Positions 43,862-53,401 of a DNA stretch of 64,000 nucleotides are shown one piece after another. A program made the translations under genes and the position numbers. Numbering within the stretch: position 1 is the first letter of the stretch; every line of letters starts with the position of its first letter. This DNA is from an uncultured Chloroflexia bacterium. GTDB lineage: Bacteria > Chloroflexota > Dehalococcoidia > UBA2979. The notes under the pieces are model-generated. The model had not been told where the DNA came from, ran no database searches, and saw only the letters and a list, made by a program, of their open reading frames with translations. The stretch spans positions 800,001-864,000 of the forward strand of contig CAVSIV010000001.1 of NCBI GenBank assembly GCA_963728205.1, given 5' to 3'.

Positions 43862-45160
43862 TCACGTATACCGCGTGAACCGCCGTCGGTAGGCCGATCG
43901 GACTCGCTCGTGGTCGTGCCTCGTAAGCGTGCTGAGTTCGCCCGTCTCGACGATGAGATCTGCCTGATGGCGCAGGGCAGTGACCGCCTCGGCGCGATCG
44001 GACGGATCGAGCGAGCGCGTCAGGAGGTGGAGTGTCTCCAACAGGTAGATCTGTACCGTTGGCATTCCCGCAGAGAACACCCGTATCTCGTCGAAGGCCA
44101 ACTCCACCAGTTCATCGTGCGTGATTGCTTCCGGCAACAGAAGCGATCGCCCGTCGGAACCCGACCGTCGACGGGATGGGGCCTCTCGGGCCAACATCTC
44201 TCGCACCACCGCACCGAGGTGAAACAGCGCATCCTGGGCGGTCGTCGGATCATTGATGCCGGGCGAAAGCGCCTTGAGCGCGACATCGGCGAGCTGCCTG
44301 ACGCCGTAGGTTGCGTCCTGCTGCATCGACCGCGTCTCACCCAGCATGATGTTGCGGAGGACGAAGCGACGGGCTCCGTCGGGGTCGTTCGGCGCGGGCC
44401 AGATAGTGCAAGCCTCCGTCCCGGGGATGGCAAAGCGCCCCGCAACTGTCGCCATCCGCAGGCACGAGCCTGGCTCGAGCCCTCCCAAGAGCGCTTCATG
44501 GTCAACCTGTTGGATCCAGCCTTCGGTCTCGAACGTAACGATGAATCCGTCTCCCGGAGGCACGTCGGCGTCGGGATCCTCCTTCGCCGTCCCTGACTCT
44601 GGCCACCCAGCGCGAACCGAGGTGAGCGCCTCTGTCGTGACTCGCTGGAGGATCTTGGAGACGTCCATGGAGTGTGCGCTATGGCTGATGAAGGAGACGA
44701 TCGACAGGACCGAGACCACCCCCAACACCACCGCGACCAGAATCGACAGGCTGGGTACGACGGATTGTCCGCTGGTTGCAAGTGGTCCGCGGACGGCCCG
44801 CAAGACGACCAGGCAGTACGTGAATGTTCCAATGACGATGCCCATGATCCGCTTGTTGAACGGGTCACGAAACAACCCCTGGACGACGCGGGGCGAATAC
44901 TGGCTGGATGCGAGGGATATCAGGAGGAGGCTCACGGAGAACGCGACACCAGCGAACGCAAGTGTGGCGCCGGCAACGACCGACAAGACGGATCGGGCGC
45001 TGTCAACCGTGGCGGTGAATCGGTGCGGGGCATTCCCGACCCGTGCGTCGATCAGCAGCATCACTTCGCCGAGTGCGACGGCGGTCAGCACAAAGACCAT
45101 AGGGACGAAGAACAGGCTGCTGCCGAGGCCATCCCGAAACCGTCGTACTCGCATCAGCAC
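43862..45160 (-). CDS. DUF2254-like membrane protein
   Basis: LASSQYSPR, GTFTYCL.VLR, QD..YG.RQL.D.ALKALSPGINDPTTA. Confidence 0.9.
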   Translation of the reverse strand: MLMRVRRFRDGLGSSLFFVPMVFVLTAVALGEVMLLIDARVGNAPHRFTATVDSARSVLSVVAGATLAFAGVAFSVSLLLISLASSQYSPRVVQGLFRDPFNKRIMGIVIGTFTYCLVVLRAVRGPLATSGQSVVPSLSILVAVVLGVVSVLSIVSFISHSAHSMDVSKILQRVTTEALTSVRAGWPESGTAKEDPDADVPPGDGFIVTFETEGWIQQVDHEALLGGLEPGSCLRMATVAGRFAIPGTEACTIWPAPNDPDGARRFVLRNIMLGETRSMQQDATYGVRQLADVALKALSPGINDPTTAQDALFHLGAVVREMLAREAPSRRRSGSDGRSLLLPEAITHDELVELAFDEIRVFSAGMPTVQIYLLETLHLLTRSLDPSDRAEAVTALRHQADLIVETGELSTLTRHDHERVRSAYRRRFTRYT

Positions 45161-45787
45161 AGTTCGTCCTCATTTCCCGGTCGGGTGGCGGATTCCAGAA
45201 TGCCCGCCAGCCCCGTCACTGATTCTCGGTTCGGCGGGACGCGGGCGTAGCCGCCCGCCTTCATCAGACCGTGCCGCCGCCACCCGCATGCGCAACGCCG
45301 TTCGGGATTGATGCTTGTGACGAAGGCCGATCCCGAGAAGTTGTATGAGATCGCGGACATCGAGGCGGTCAGGCTCCAGCTGGCAAAGCGTGAGCCCGAT
45401 GGCGGCAGCCCCCACGCTGGCGCCATCGCACGAGTACATTCCGGGGCTGACTGCGGTCGACGTGACAGCGAACCTCGAACCCCGCGGGCTTACCTGTCGG
45501 GGTCCTCGGTCAGCGTCGCCGGCGCGAGATGGCGGCCGCAAGGGCGCGCCACGGCAGACGTGCTCCCTCCCCCGGGGGCGGGCGGCGAGGAGGGGATCAG
45601 TCCGTTGGCGCTACCAGGCAACAAGCCGGTCGTCGGGGGCTGACCAGTCCCACCCGCGTCTGTCGGGAGGCTCGCTGCGCGGTGCCAGGTTCGAAACTAC
45701 CTCTTGGCCGCGCTGGACCTGGCCATGCGGGAGATGATCAGGTCCGTCTCGGCGCCCGGGATCAGCCCAGTGGCAAGGGTCGCCGCC

Positions 45788-46528
45788 TCATCGGTGGGCG
45801 AGCAACAGTCCCAGCGCCAGCATCACCACCGCGCCCGACAGCAACTTGAGAGGTGTCTCCCACGTCGCGAGCACCTGTGCCGTCGACCAGTTCACCTCGT
45901 TGTCGACGCCACCGAGGATGAGCGCTGCCGTTGGTGCGCGCCTCCGCACATGTCGTGCCGGGGTACTGAGCGCACGCTGCGCCAGGCTCAGGAGCGTCGC
46001 GGCAACGGCGATGACGACGGGCGCGAGCGTGACCTCCTGGGTCTGTGACCAGTACCCGACGAGCACCGGGAAGCCGCCCCAGGCGACGGCGAACATCAAG
46101 TTCGTGTGCAGCCATCGGTGCCACCCCAGCGTGTAGCCGAGCATGAGCGTGACGCCAACGACGGCCCACGCAGCAGTCCACGGCGACAGGAGGATCACGC
46201 CGAGGACGGCGATCAGCGCACTGGCAGCGACACCCATCGTTCCGATTGCCAGCAACGCACCGCTGCTGAAACCCGTCCGCAGTGGCCGTCCGTTCCATTC
46301 GTCGAACGCGTGAGCGGCGATGGCGGTCCCAAAGATGAAGGCGAGTAATGCACCAGCGAGCTCCGGCCAGTGCCTCGTCGGGGCGACGGCCGCGCCGATG
46401 ACGAGGTACGAGAGGTGCCAGGCGGTATATGGGACATGCAGCAGCGCGACAATGTCTCCTGCCACGCTGCCACCGCTGACGTAGAAGGCCGGCGGCAGCA
46501 GCGGGACGCTCTGAGGCTCGTCGGTCAC
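45788..46528 (-). CDS. UbiA-like prenyltransferase-fold membrane protein
   Basis: LLH.PYT.WHLSY, AHAFDEWNGRPL, FAVAWGGFP, QR.LST; ~8 TM; GTG overlaps the repaired methyltransferase stop. Confidence 0.65.
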   Translation of the reverse strand: MTDEPQSVPLLPPAFYVSGGSVAGDIVALLHVPYTAWHLSYLVIGAAVAPTRHWPELAGALLAFIFGTAIAAHAFDEWNGRPLRTGFSSGALLAIGTMGVAASALIAVLGVILLSPWTAAWAVVGVTLMLGYTLGWHRWLHTNLMFAVAWGGFPVLVGYWSQTQEVTLAPVVIAVAATLLSLAQRALSTPARHVRRRAPTAALILGGVDNEVNWSTAQVLATWETPLKLLSGAVVMLALGLLLAHR

Positions 46529-47219
46529 GCTCGACGCGCCCACATCAGTAGTCCTCCCCGCAGAGAAGGACTCGCGGTCCGCAGTCCACAAACCCGGCGC
46601 GCTGCCACAGCGCCGGGAGGGCGTCGGATGGGAACGTGTCGTGGAACGTGTCGATGCTGGGGCCGAGGAAGGCCCCGACGCGCGACCAGCCAGGCCCCGC
46701 GAGCATCCCGGCGGTGGGAAGGCCGATCCGCGTGTAGCACCACCAGAGCGGACGCCACGCCCCGCGTGGACGGCCGAATTCGACCATGCCAATCGTCCCG
46801 CCCGGCCTGAGCACGCGGCTGAACTCCTGCATCACGGCCAGCGGATCGGACACATAGCGCAACAGATAGCCGAAGGTCAGCGCATCGAACGAGGCGTCCG
46901 GAAACGGCAATGCCTCGGCTGTTGCGCGCACGGCCCGGGCGCCTCGGTCCCTGGCGGCGGCGAGCATCTCGGCGCTCAGGTCGAGCGAGATGACGGTGTG
47001 TCCGTCATGTTGAAGCAGTCGTGTGATCAGTCCGGTGCCCGCGGCCACATCCAGGACGCGCGCCCCGGGGGCGAGATCGAGGCCGCCGACCATCCTGGCG
47101 CGCCAGCGCGGGTCTTGCAGCATGCTCAGCCAGGCTGACCAGCGCTCGTAATTCGTCGCGATCGGCGCGAATAACTCCAGAGCTGCCCGGTTCCCCGGAG
47201 AGATCGGCTCGTTGTTCAT
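46525..47219 (-). CDS. UbiE/MenG-like SAM-dependent methyltransferase with a frameshift near 46584
   Basis: LF..IA..YE, QDPRWR, VLDVAAGTG, LPFPDASFD, YLLRYV, RVLRPGG; the natural-looking tail SLRGGLLMWARRA is in another frame. Confidence 0.85.
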
Positions 47220-47387
47220 CGAAAGAGCGTAGCGTTGCCACCCGATGGAATCCTTCCGGCTGACGACGCTCATCTGAAGTTCCCCAGACCTGCTCACTGA
47301 AATTCCCCACCTCCCAGGCGGTGTGGTCCCTGCAGGGGCTGCTCTCGATGCTGACGCTGCGGCGGCGGCAGCGAGGAGCCGAGGACC

Positions 47388-48680
47388 GTGCTGCGATGGG
47401 AGGAAGACGTGGAAGCACACGCGCTGCGCCGACGGGGTTGGACGATCGCGGCGATCGCTCGACACCTCGGGCGCGACCGCAAGACCGTGCGGGCCTACCT
47501 GCGCGGAGACCGCGAGCCGGGGAAGCGGCAGCGCGCGGGGACGGACGAGTTCGAGCCGTTCGTCGCGTACGTCGGTGAGCGCCTGCGCGAGGACCCGCAC
47601 CTGTGGGCGAGCGTGCTCTACGACGAGGTCGTCGCGCTCGGCTATCCGCGCTCGTACCCGTCGTTCACGCGCTCGCTGCGCGATCGCAGACTGCGCCCGC
47701 CGTGCCTCGCCTGCGCCGGCGTGAAGGGTCGAGTGACGGTCGAGATTGCCCACCCGCCCGGGGACGAGATGCAGTGGGACTGGCTCGATCTCGGCGAGGC
47801 GCCGTGGGGCGGCAAGGCGATCCTGCTGGTCGCGGCGCTCTCGGCATCGGGCCGGGTGCGCGCGGTCTTCGCCGATGGGCAGGACCAGGCGCACGTCGTC
47901 GAGGGCATCGACGCCGTGCTGCGCCGCTTCGGCGGAACCGCGCGGCGCTGGCGCTTCGATCGCATGACCGGCGTCGTCGACACGCGCACCGGCAAGGTGC
48001 TCGCGAGCTTCGCCGCGGTCGCGAAGTACTACGGTGTCGGCATCGACGTCTGCCCGCCGCGAGCCGGCAACCGCAAGGGCGTGGTCGAGGCCGCCAACCG
48101 CTTCCTGCAGCGACGCTGGTGGCGCACCGCCCGCGTCTCCACTCAGCAGGAGGCGCAGGCCGCGCTCGACCGCTTTACGTCGACGACCGCCGACGGACGC
48201 CGGCGGGGGGACCAGCTCATCCGCGTGCTCGCCGAGGCCGAGCCGCTGCTGCCGCTCCCGGCCGAACCCTACCCGGCTACGCTCGAGGTCGAGCGCACCG
48301 TCGGCGCCTCCGCGCTCGTCGCCTTCCGCGGCAACCGCTACTCGGTGCCGCCCGGGCTCGCCGGGGCCACGGTCATCCTGCGCCAGCGCCTGGACGAGCC
48401 TCGCCTACGGGTGCTCACCACCGACGGCGTCATCGTGGCGGAGCACGACCTCGCGCGAGCGGGTGCGGGGCAGCTCGTGCGCAGCACTGAGCACGCCCAG
48501 GCGCTGGAGCACGCGGTGCTCGAGCGCTTCACGTCCGACCCGCCGTGCCGGCGCAAGGCGAACCGGCCACCGGGGTCGGCGGCGCTCGCAGAGGCGGCGA
48601 AGCTGCGCCCCGACGTGCCCGGTGCCGTCGTGCACATCGACCTCGCCCGCTGGGCACGCGCGGCGGAGGCGGCACGGTGA
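47388..48680 (+). CDS. istA: IS21 transposase IstA
   Basis: HTH IARHLGRDRKTVRAYL, PG..MQ.DW, D.M, KG.VE, GNRYSVP. Confidence 0.93.
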   Translation: MLRWEEDVEAHALRRRGWTIAAIARHLGRDRKTVRAYLRGDREPGKRQRAGTDEFEPFVAYVGERLREDPHLWASVLYDEVVALGYPRSYPSFTRSLRDRRLRPPCLACAGVKGRVTVEIAHPPGDEMQWDWLDLGEAPWGGKAILLVAALSASGRVRAVFADGQDQAHVVEGIDAVLRRFGGTARRWRFDRMTGVVDTRTGKVLASFAAVAKYYGVGIDVCPPRAGNRKGVVEAANRFLQRRWWRTARVSTQQEAQAALDRFTSTTADGRRRGDQLIRVLAEAEPLLPLPAEPYPATLEVERTVGASALVAFRGNRYSVPPGLAGATVILRQRLDEPRLRVLTTDGVIVAEHDLARAGAGQLVRSTEHAQALEHAVLERFTSDPPCRRKANRPPGSAALAEAAKLRPDVPGAVVHIDLARWARAAEAAR

Positions 48681-49468
48681 CGGAGGCGCAGACCTATCAG
48701 CAGCTGCGTGCGCACCTCGCGTACCTGCGGCTCGACGCCGCGGCCGAGGCCCTGGCGCAGGAGCTCGACGCGGCGCGCGCGGGCAAGCTCTCGCATACCG
48801 TCTTCCTCGAGCACCTGCTCGGTATCGAGGTCACGGCGACCAGCGAGCGTCGGCGCGCCGGCCGTCTGCGCCTCGCCGGCTTCCCCGCCCCCTGGCGGCT
48901 CGAGGACTTCGACTTCGACGCGCAGCCCGGCCTCGACCGCGCGCTCGTCACCGACCTCGCGACGCTGCGCTTCGTCGACGACGCCGCGAACGTGCTCTTC
49001 ATCGGACCACCCGGCGTCGGCAAGACGCACCTGGCGATCGCGCTCGGCCACCTCGCGATCGACGCCGGCCATCGCGTCTACTACACGACCGCCGCCGACC
49101 TCGCGGCGCGCTGCCACCGCGCCGCGATCGAGGGCCGCTGGGCCAACACGATGCGCTTCTTCGCGGCGCCGCAGCTGCTCATCGTCGACGAGCTTGGGTA
49201 CCTACCCCTGCCGCCCGAGGCCGCCTCCGCGCTCTTCCAGGTCGTGGCCCGGCGCTACCTCAAGGGCAGCATCGTGCTGACCACCAACCGCGGCATCACC
49301 GAGTGGGGCGAGATCTTCGACGACTCCACCGTCGCCGCCGCCATGCTCGACCGCCTGCTGCACCGAGCGACCGTCGTCGCGATCGACGGCGAGAGCTACC
49401 GCCTGCGCACGCACCAGGCACGCATCGACCAGCTCCGAAAGGGGATCGCGCCCGTGACCAAACGCTAG
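48677..49468 (+). CDS. istB: IS21 helper ATPase IstB
   Basis: GPPGVGKTHLA, LLIVDELGY, TTN...EWG, AMLDRLLH, GESYR. Confidence 0.95.
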   Translation: MTEAQTYQQLRAHLAYLRLDAAAEALAQELDAARAGKLSHTVFLEHLLGIEVTATSERRRAGRLRLAGFPAPWRLEDFDFDAQPGLDRALVTDLATLRFVDDAANVLFIGPPGVGKTHLAIALGHLAIDAGHRVYYTTAADLAARCHRAAIEGRWANTMRFFAAPQLLIVDELGYLPLPPEAASALFQVVARRYLKGSIVLTTNRGITEWGEIFDDSTVAAAMLDRLLHRATVVAIDGESYRLRTHQARIDQLRKGIAPVTKR

Positions 49469-49880
49469 GATGAAGCTCGATCACCCGCCCGCGAGGTGGG
49501 GAATTTCGATGAGCGACCCTGGGGAATTTCGCTGAGCCGCGTCACGGCCGACGGTAGCGCGCGTACTCGTGGTGATCGGGAATGGCGCGGCGACACCGCC
49601 AGTAGGGTGCAGGGTGAGCGACGGAGCCAGAGCGCCGCCGGTGTCACGTACGATCGCTGGATTGCACCGAAGGTGGACAGAGAGGCGTCGCGTGTCAGGG
49701 CGACAAGCAACCCGCTGCTCGCGCAAGCGGGGTAGGCGGGCCGCGGCGACTAGCGGTGCTGCCGCAGCCTCATCGTCTCGTCTCAGACTCATGGCGAGCC
49801 GGACGGCTTGATGACGTTGTCCAGGGCCGGACAATGTCACCTGACATGGCCGAGTTACTGTCCGTTTAGGGATAAAGGAA

Positions 49881-49910
49881 ACCCGCTGCAGCCTGCTCGG
49901 CTCAGCGGGT
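49881..49910 (-). terminator. Hairpin plus T-tract downstream of tRNA-Asp
   Basis: ACCCGCTG-AGCC..GGCT-GCAGCGGGT followed by TTCCTTTA on the minus strand. Confidence 0.65.
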
Positions 49911-49912
49911 GA

Positions 49913-49989
49913 TGGCGACCCCGATCGGATTCGAACCGACGATCTCCACCGTGACAGGGTGGCGTGTTAGGCCGCTACACTACGGGGCC
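49913..49989 (-). tRNA. tRNA-Asp (GTC)
   Basis: Full cloverleaf GGCCCCG..CCACC-CTGTCAC-GGTGG..GTTCGAATC..CGGGGTC-G-CCA, 77 nt with encoded CCA. Confidence 0.97.
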
Positions 49990-50105
49990 GCGTGAGTGTC
50001 GTCTCAGGTTAGATGCCGCCCCGAGCAGGGTCAACGAACGCCGTCACGCGGCTCGCCTTCCGCCCTGCGCGACGCCCCCGTACACTCGGCTCCGGAGGCC
50101 AGCGC

Positions 50106-50375
50106 ATGCCCAGCAACCCCCGCAGCCGCCGCACGCGCATCCCACGCCGCCTGCCGCCGCGCCCTGTCGTCGGCACCGGCGCACCGGCCGAGCCCGCCGT
50201 CGGCGCGGTCCCGCAACCGCGCACCCGGGCGCAGTCGGAGCGGATGCTGCGGTCGTCGCGGCTGATCGAGCGCGAGACGCCCTACGTGATGCGCGAGCTG
50301 CGCCGCGTCGGCGGCGTGAGCATCGTGACGTTTGGCCTGCTCTTCATCCTCGCGATCATCGAGCACGTCCGCTAG
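50106..50375 (+). CDS. Small basic protein with C-terminal TM helix
   Basis: Arg/Pro-rich N-terminus, YVMRELRR then one TM; GGAGG RBS. Confidence 0.6.
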   Translation: MPSNPRSRRTRIPRRLPPRPVVGTGAPAEPAVGAVPQPRTRAQSERMLRSSRLIERETPYVMRELRRVGGVSIVTFGLLFILAIIEHVR

Positions 50376-50387
50376 CAGCACCGGTCG

Positions 50388-50909
50388 CTAGCGGAGCCGC
50401 CCCCACGCCGAGACGGCCGCGACCACCAGCGCGAAGATGCCCACGACGTCCTGCGCCGCCAGGTGCAGCGGCACGCCGCTGATCAGCAGGCGCAGCGCCG
50501 CCGCGAGCACGATGCCCAGCACCGCGATCACCTGCATCGGCACGCCGCGCTTGCGGTGCGTCGCCCAGAGCAGCGCCTCACCCATCGCGGCGCCGGCGCC
50601 GAGGCCGCCCAGCAGCCCGATCGCGAGCAGGATGAAGCCGGCGCTGCGGCTCGGCGGCAGCAGGAATGCGCCGACGTATCCCAGCGGCAGCGCGACGATC
50701 ACGGCGGCGACGATCGCGCGCAGGTAGTCGGTCGGCGCGAGCTCGTACATCACGGGGCGGCGCAGCCGCGCGCAGTTGGGGCAGCGTATGCCGCCGGGCG
50801 TATGCACCATGCAGCGCGGGCAGATCGCGACGCCGCACCGTCCGCACGTGATCACCGTCTCGGTGTGGTGGCGTGCGCAGTACATCACCGGCTCGGTGGT
50901 CTCGTTCAT
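50388..50909 (-). CDS. B-box-like zinc finger membrane protein
   Basis: CARH...T...CGRC...ICPRC....GG.RCPNC followed by 4 TM. Confidence 0.8.
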   Translation of the reverse strand: MNETTEPVMYCARHHTETVITCGRCGVAICPRCMVHTPGGIRCPNCARLRRPVMYELAPTDYLRAIVAAVIVALPLGYVGAFLLPPSRSAGFILLAIGLLGGLGAGAAMGEALLWATHRKRGVPMQVIAVLGIVLAAALRLLISGVPLHLAAQDVVGIFALVVAAVSAWGRLR

Positions 50910-51865
50910 GCCGATGCGTCCCCGTCCCCATCCCCGGCCGCGTGCTCCGCCGCCTCACCCGCGCCGGGCGCAGGAGCCGGGACGCGGCACCCTGCGGCGG
51001 TCGCCGCGTCGAGCACGCGCTGCACGGCCGCCGCCGCCAGCGGGATGTCCCCCGGCGCGCGCTCCTCGGCGCGGTCGAACGCATGAAAGTCTGAGCCCCC
51101 GGTCGGGATGAGATCCAGCCGGTCCGCGAGTGCGCGCAGCGACGCGACCAGCTCGGACGGGTAGTGGCGGTAGTAGACCTCGAGGCCGAACAGCCCCGCC
51201 GCCGCCAGCCGTTCGGCGATCGCTTCGTAGCCGTCGCCGCTGAACGGCGGGTGTGCGAAGACCGCCACGCCGCCCGCCGCGCGGATCAGCGCGATGCCCG
51301 CCTCCGGCTCGAGCCGGTCGCGCTCGACGAACGCCGGCCGGCCAAACGCGAGAAAGCGGTCGAACGCCTCCTCGATCGTCGCGACGTGACCGGCCTCGAC
51401 GAGCGCCCGCGCGACGTGTGGCCGGCCCACCGATGCCTCGCCGGCGAACGCCTCGACGCGCGCCCAGTCGACAGGCACCCCCTCGCGGGCGAGCACCGCG
51501 GTCATCCGCTGCGCACGCTCGATGCGGCCCTCGCGCAGCCCGCGCAGCCGCGCCTGGAGGGGCGCGTCGGTGGGGTCGATGAAGAGCCCGAGCATGTGCA
51601 GCTCGGCACCCGGGATGTCGCACGCCAGCTCCACGCCGGGAACCAGCCGCAGGCCGGGGCACGCCGCGGCGGCGGCGGTCGCTTCCGACAGCCCGTCGGT
51701 CGTGTCGTGATCGGTGAGCGCGAGGACGCGGACGCCGCGGCCGTACGCGAGGCGCACGAGCTCGGCGGGTGCGACGCGCCCGTCGGAGGCGGTGGAATGG
51801 CAGTGGAAATCGCCGATGCCGTAGCCGCCGCTCCCGGCCCTCCCGTCGGCGGCGCCGTCCGGCAT
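50906..51865 (-). CDS. PHP-domain phosphoesterase (TrpH/YciV-like)
   Basis: DFHCHSTASDG, LTDHD, GRPH.A, AHP, GGSDFH. Confidence 0.92.
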   Translation of the reverse strand: MPDGAADGRAGSGGYGIGDFHCHSTASDGRVAPAELVRLAYGRGVRVLALTDHDTTDGLSEATAAAAACPGLRLVPGVELACDIPGAELHMLGLFIDPTDAPLQARLRGLREGRIERAQRMTAVLAREGVPVDWARVEAFAGEASVGRPHVARALVEAGHVATIEEAFDRFLAFGRPAFVERDRLEPEAGIALIRAAGGVAVFAHPPFSGDGYEAIAERLAAAGLFGLEVYYRHYPSELVASLRALADRLDLIPTGGSDFHAFDRAEERAPGDIPLAAAAVQRVLDAATAAGCRVPAPAPGAGEAAEHAAGDGDGDASA

Positions 51866-51871
51866 GGCCGC

Positions 51872-53401
51872 CTAGTGCGCCGTCGCCGAGGCGCGCGTCT
51901 CGCGCACGACGGTCACCCGGATCTCGCCGGGGTACTGCATCGTCTCCTCGATCTTGCGCGAGACGTCCCGTGCCAGGCGCGTCGCGCCCAGGTCGTCGAC
52001 CTGCTCGGGGCGCACGATGATGCGGATCTCGCGGCCGGCCTGCACGGCGAACGACGACTCGACGCCGTCGAACGAGTTCGCGATCGCCTCGAGCGACTCG
52101 AGACGCTTCACGTACTCGTCGATCGACTCGCGTCGCGCGCCGGGGCGGCTGCCCGAGATGGCGTCGGCGATCATCACGAGGACCGCCTCGGTCGTCTCCG
52201 GCCGCACTTCCTCGTGGTGCGCCTCGATGCAGTGCACGACGTCGCGCGGGACGTTGAAGCGTCGCGCGATCTCCGCGCCGAGGAGCGCGTGCGTGCCCTC
52301 CATCTCGCGGTCGAGCGCCTTGCCGAGGTCGTGCAGCAGCCCGCCCGCGCGCGCCACCTCGACGTTGGCTCCGATCTCGTGTGCGAGCGCGGCAGCGAGC
52401 CAGCCGGTCTCGATGCAGTGCCGCAGCTGGTTCTGGCCGTAGGAGAAGCGGAACCGCAGCTTGCCGAGCGTCTTCACGATCTCCGGGTGCAGGCCGGTGA
52501 CCTCGGCGTCGATGATGGCCTGCTCGCCGGCCTCCTCGACCATGCGATCGACCTCGCGCCGGGCGCGGTTCACGGCATCCTCGATGCGCGTCGGCTGGAT
52601 GCGGCCGTCCTGGATCAGGCGGGCGAGCGCGACGCGCGCGACCTCGCGCCGCACCGGGTCGAAGCCCGACACGGTCACGGCCTCGGGGGTGTCGTCGATG
52701 ATCAGGTCGCAGCCGGTGGCGGCCTCGAAGGCGCGGATGTTGCGGCCCTCGCGGCCGATGATGCGGCCCTTCAGGTCGTCGGAGGGGAGCGGGACGACGG
52801 TGACGGTCGTCTCGGCGGTGATCTCGCTGGTCATGCGCTGCATCACGGTGGCGAGCACCTTGCGGCCGCGCGCGTCGGCCTCGGCCTTCGCCGACGTCTC
52901 CATTGCGCGCACGCGCCGTGCGGCCTCGTCGCGCAGCTCGGCGTCGAGCTGCTGGAGCAACTCGGCGCGAGCCTCGTCCGTGGTCAGCCCAGCGACGCGC
53001 TCCAGCTCGGCGCGGGCGGCGTTGCGGGTCTCGGTGATCTCGCGCTCGTCACGCTCGACGTGCGCCTGGCGCTCGCGGACCTGCTGTTCGCTGCGCTCGA
53101 CGGCGTCGGCCCGGCGCTCGAGGGCCTCCTCGCGCTGCTCGAGGCGGCGCTCGGAGCGGTTCAGCTCGCGCCTCTGCTCGCGCAGCTCGCGCTCGGCCTC
53201 TTCGCGGCGTGCCAACGCAGCCTTCTCGGCATCGACGTCGGCCTTGCGAATGCGGGTCTCCGCCTCGTCGACGATGCGGCGCGCCTCTTCTTGGGCGCGG
53301 TTCCGCACGCTTCCGGCGCTGTTCGACAGGTAGAGGTACGCGGCGATCGCGCCGACGACGAGCCCGCCGACCGCGGCAAGCGCAAGCAGAGGAGCATCCA
53401 T
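51872..53401 (-). CDS. rny: Ribonuclease Y
   Basis: N-terminal TM, coiled coil, KH domain (KGRIIGREGRNIR), HD domain (LLHDLGK, ADAISGSRPGAR). Confidence 0.97.
   Translation of the reverse strand: MDAPLLALAAVGGLVVGAIAAYLYLSNSAGSVRNRAQEEARRIVDEAETRIRKADVDAEKAALARREEAERELREQRRELNRSERRLEQREEALERRADAVERSEQQVRERQAHVERDEREITETRNAARAELERVAGLTTDEARAELLQQLDAELRDEAARRVRAMETSAKAEADARGRKVLATVMQRMTSEITAETTVTVVPLPSDDLKGRIIGREGRNIRAFEAATGCDLIIDDTPEAVTVSGFDPVRREVARVALARLIQDGRIQPTRIEDAVNRARREVDRMVEEAGEQAIIDAEVTGLHPEIVKTLGKLRFRFSYGQNQLRHCIETGWLAAALAHEIGANVEVARAGGLLHDLGKALDREMEGTHALLGAEIARRFNVPRDVVHCIEAHHEEVRPETTEAVLVMIADAISGSRPGARRESIDEYVKRLESLEAIANSFDGVESSFAVQAGREIRIIVRPEQVDDLGATRLARDVSRKIEETMQYPGEIRVTVVRETRASATAH

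Larger units (their letters stand above)
47261..49544 (+). mobile_element. IS21-family insertion sequence
   Basis: TGA..TCA ends, ~50-bp imperfect terminal IRs each with two GAA(A/G)TTCCCCA sub-repeats, 4-bp flanking repeat CGGC (47257-47260 and 49545-49548), istA-istB. Confidence 0.93.
43545..49912. mobile_element. tRNA-Asp-anchored genomic island (~6.4 kb), no integrase visible
   Basis: Bounded by the tRNA 3' end and its duplicate; cargo is visibly less GC-rich; contains an IS21 element. Confidence 0.8.

Noticed and set aside
45308-45643. Short island ORF (MLVTKADPEKLYEIADIEAVRLQLAKRE...)
   Set aside because: Only the first ~30 aa look protein-like; possibly a fragment but unassignable.
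47245-49811. ORF rebuilt by removing IS21 (MESFRPTVARVLVVIGNG...)
   Set aside because: The frame is open but has no recognisable motifs or RBS; cannot be supported as a gene.
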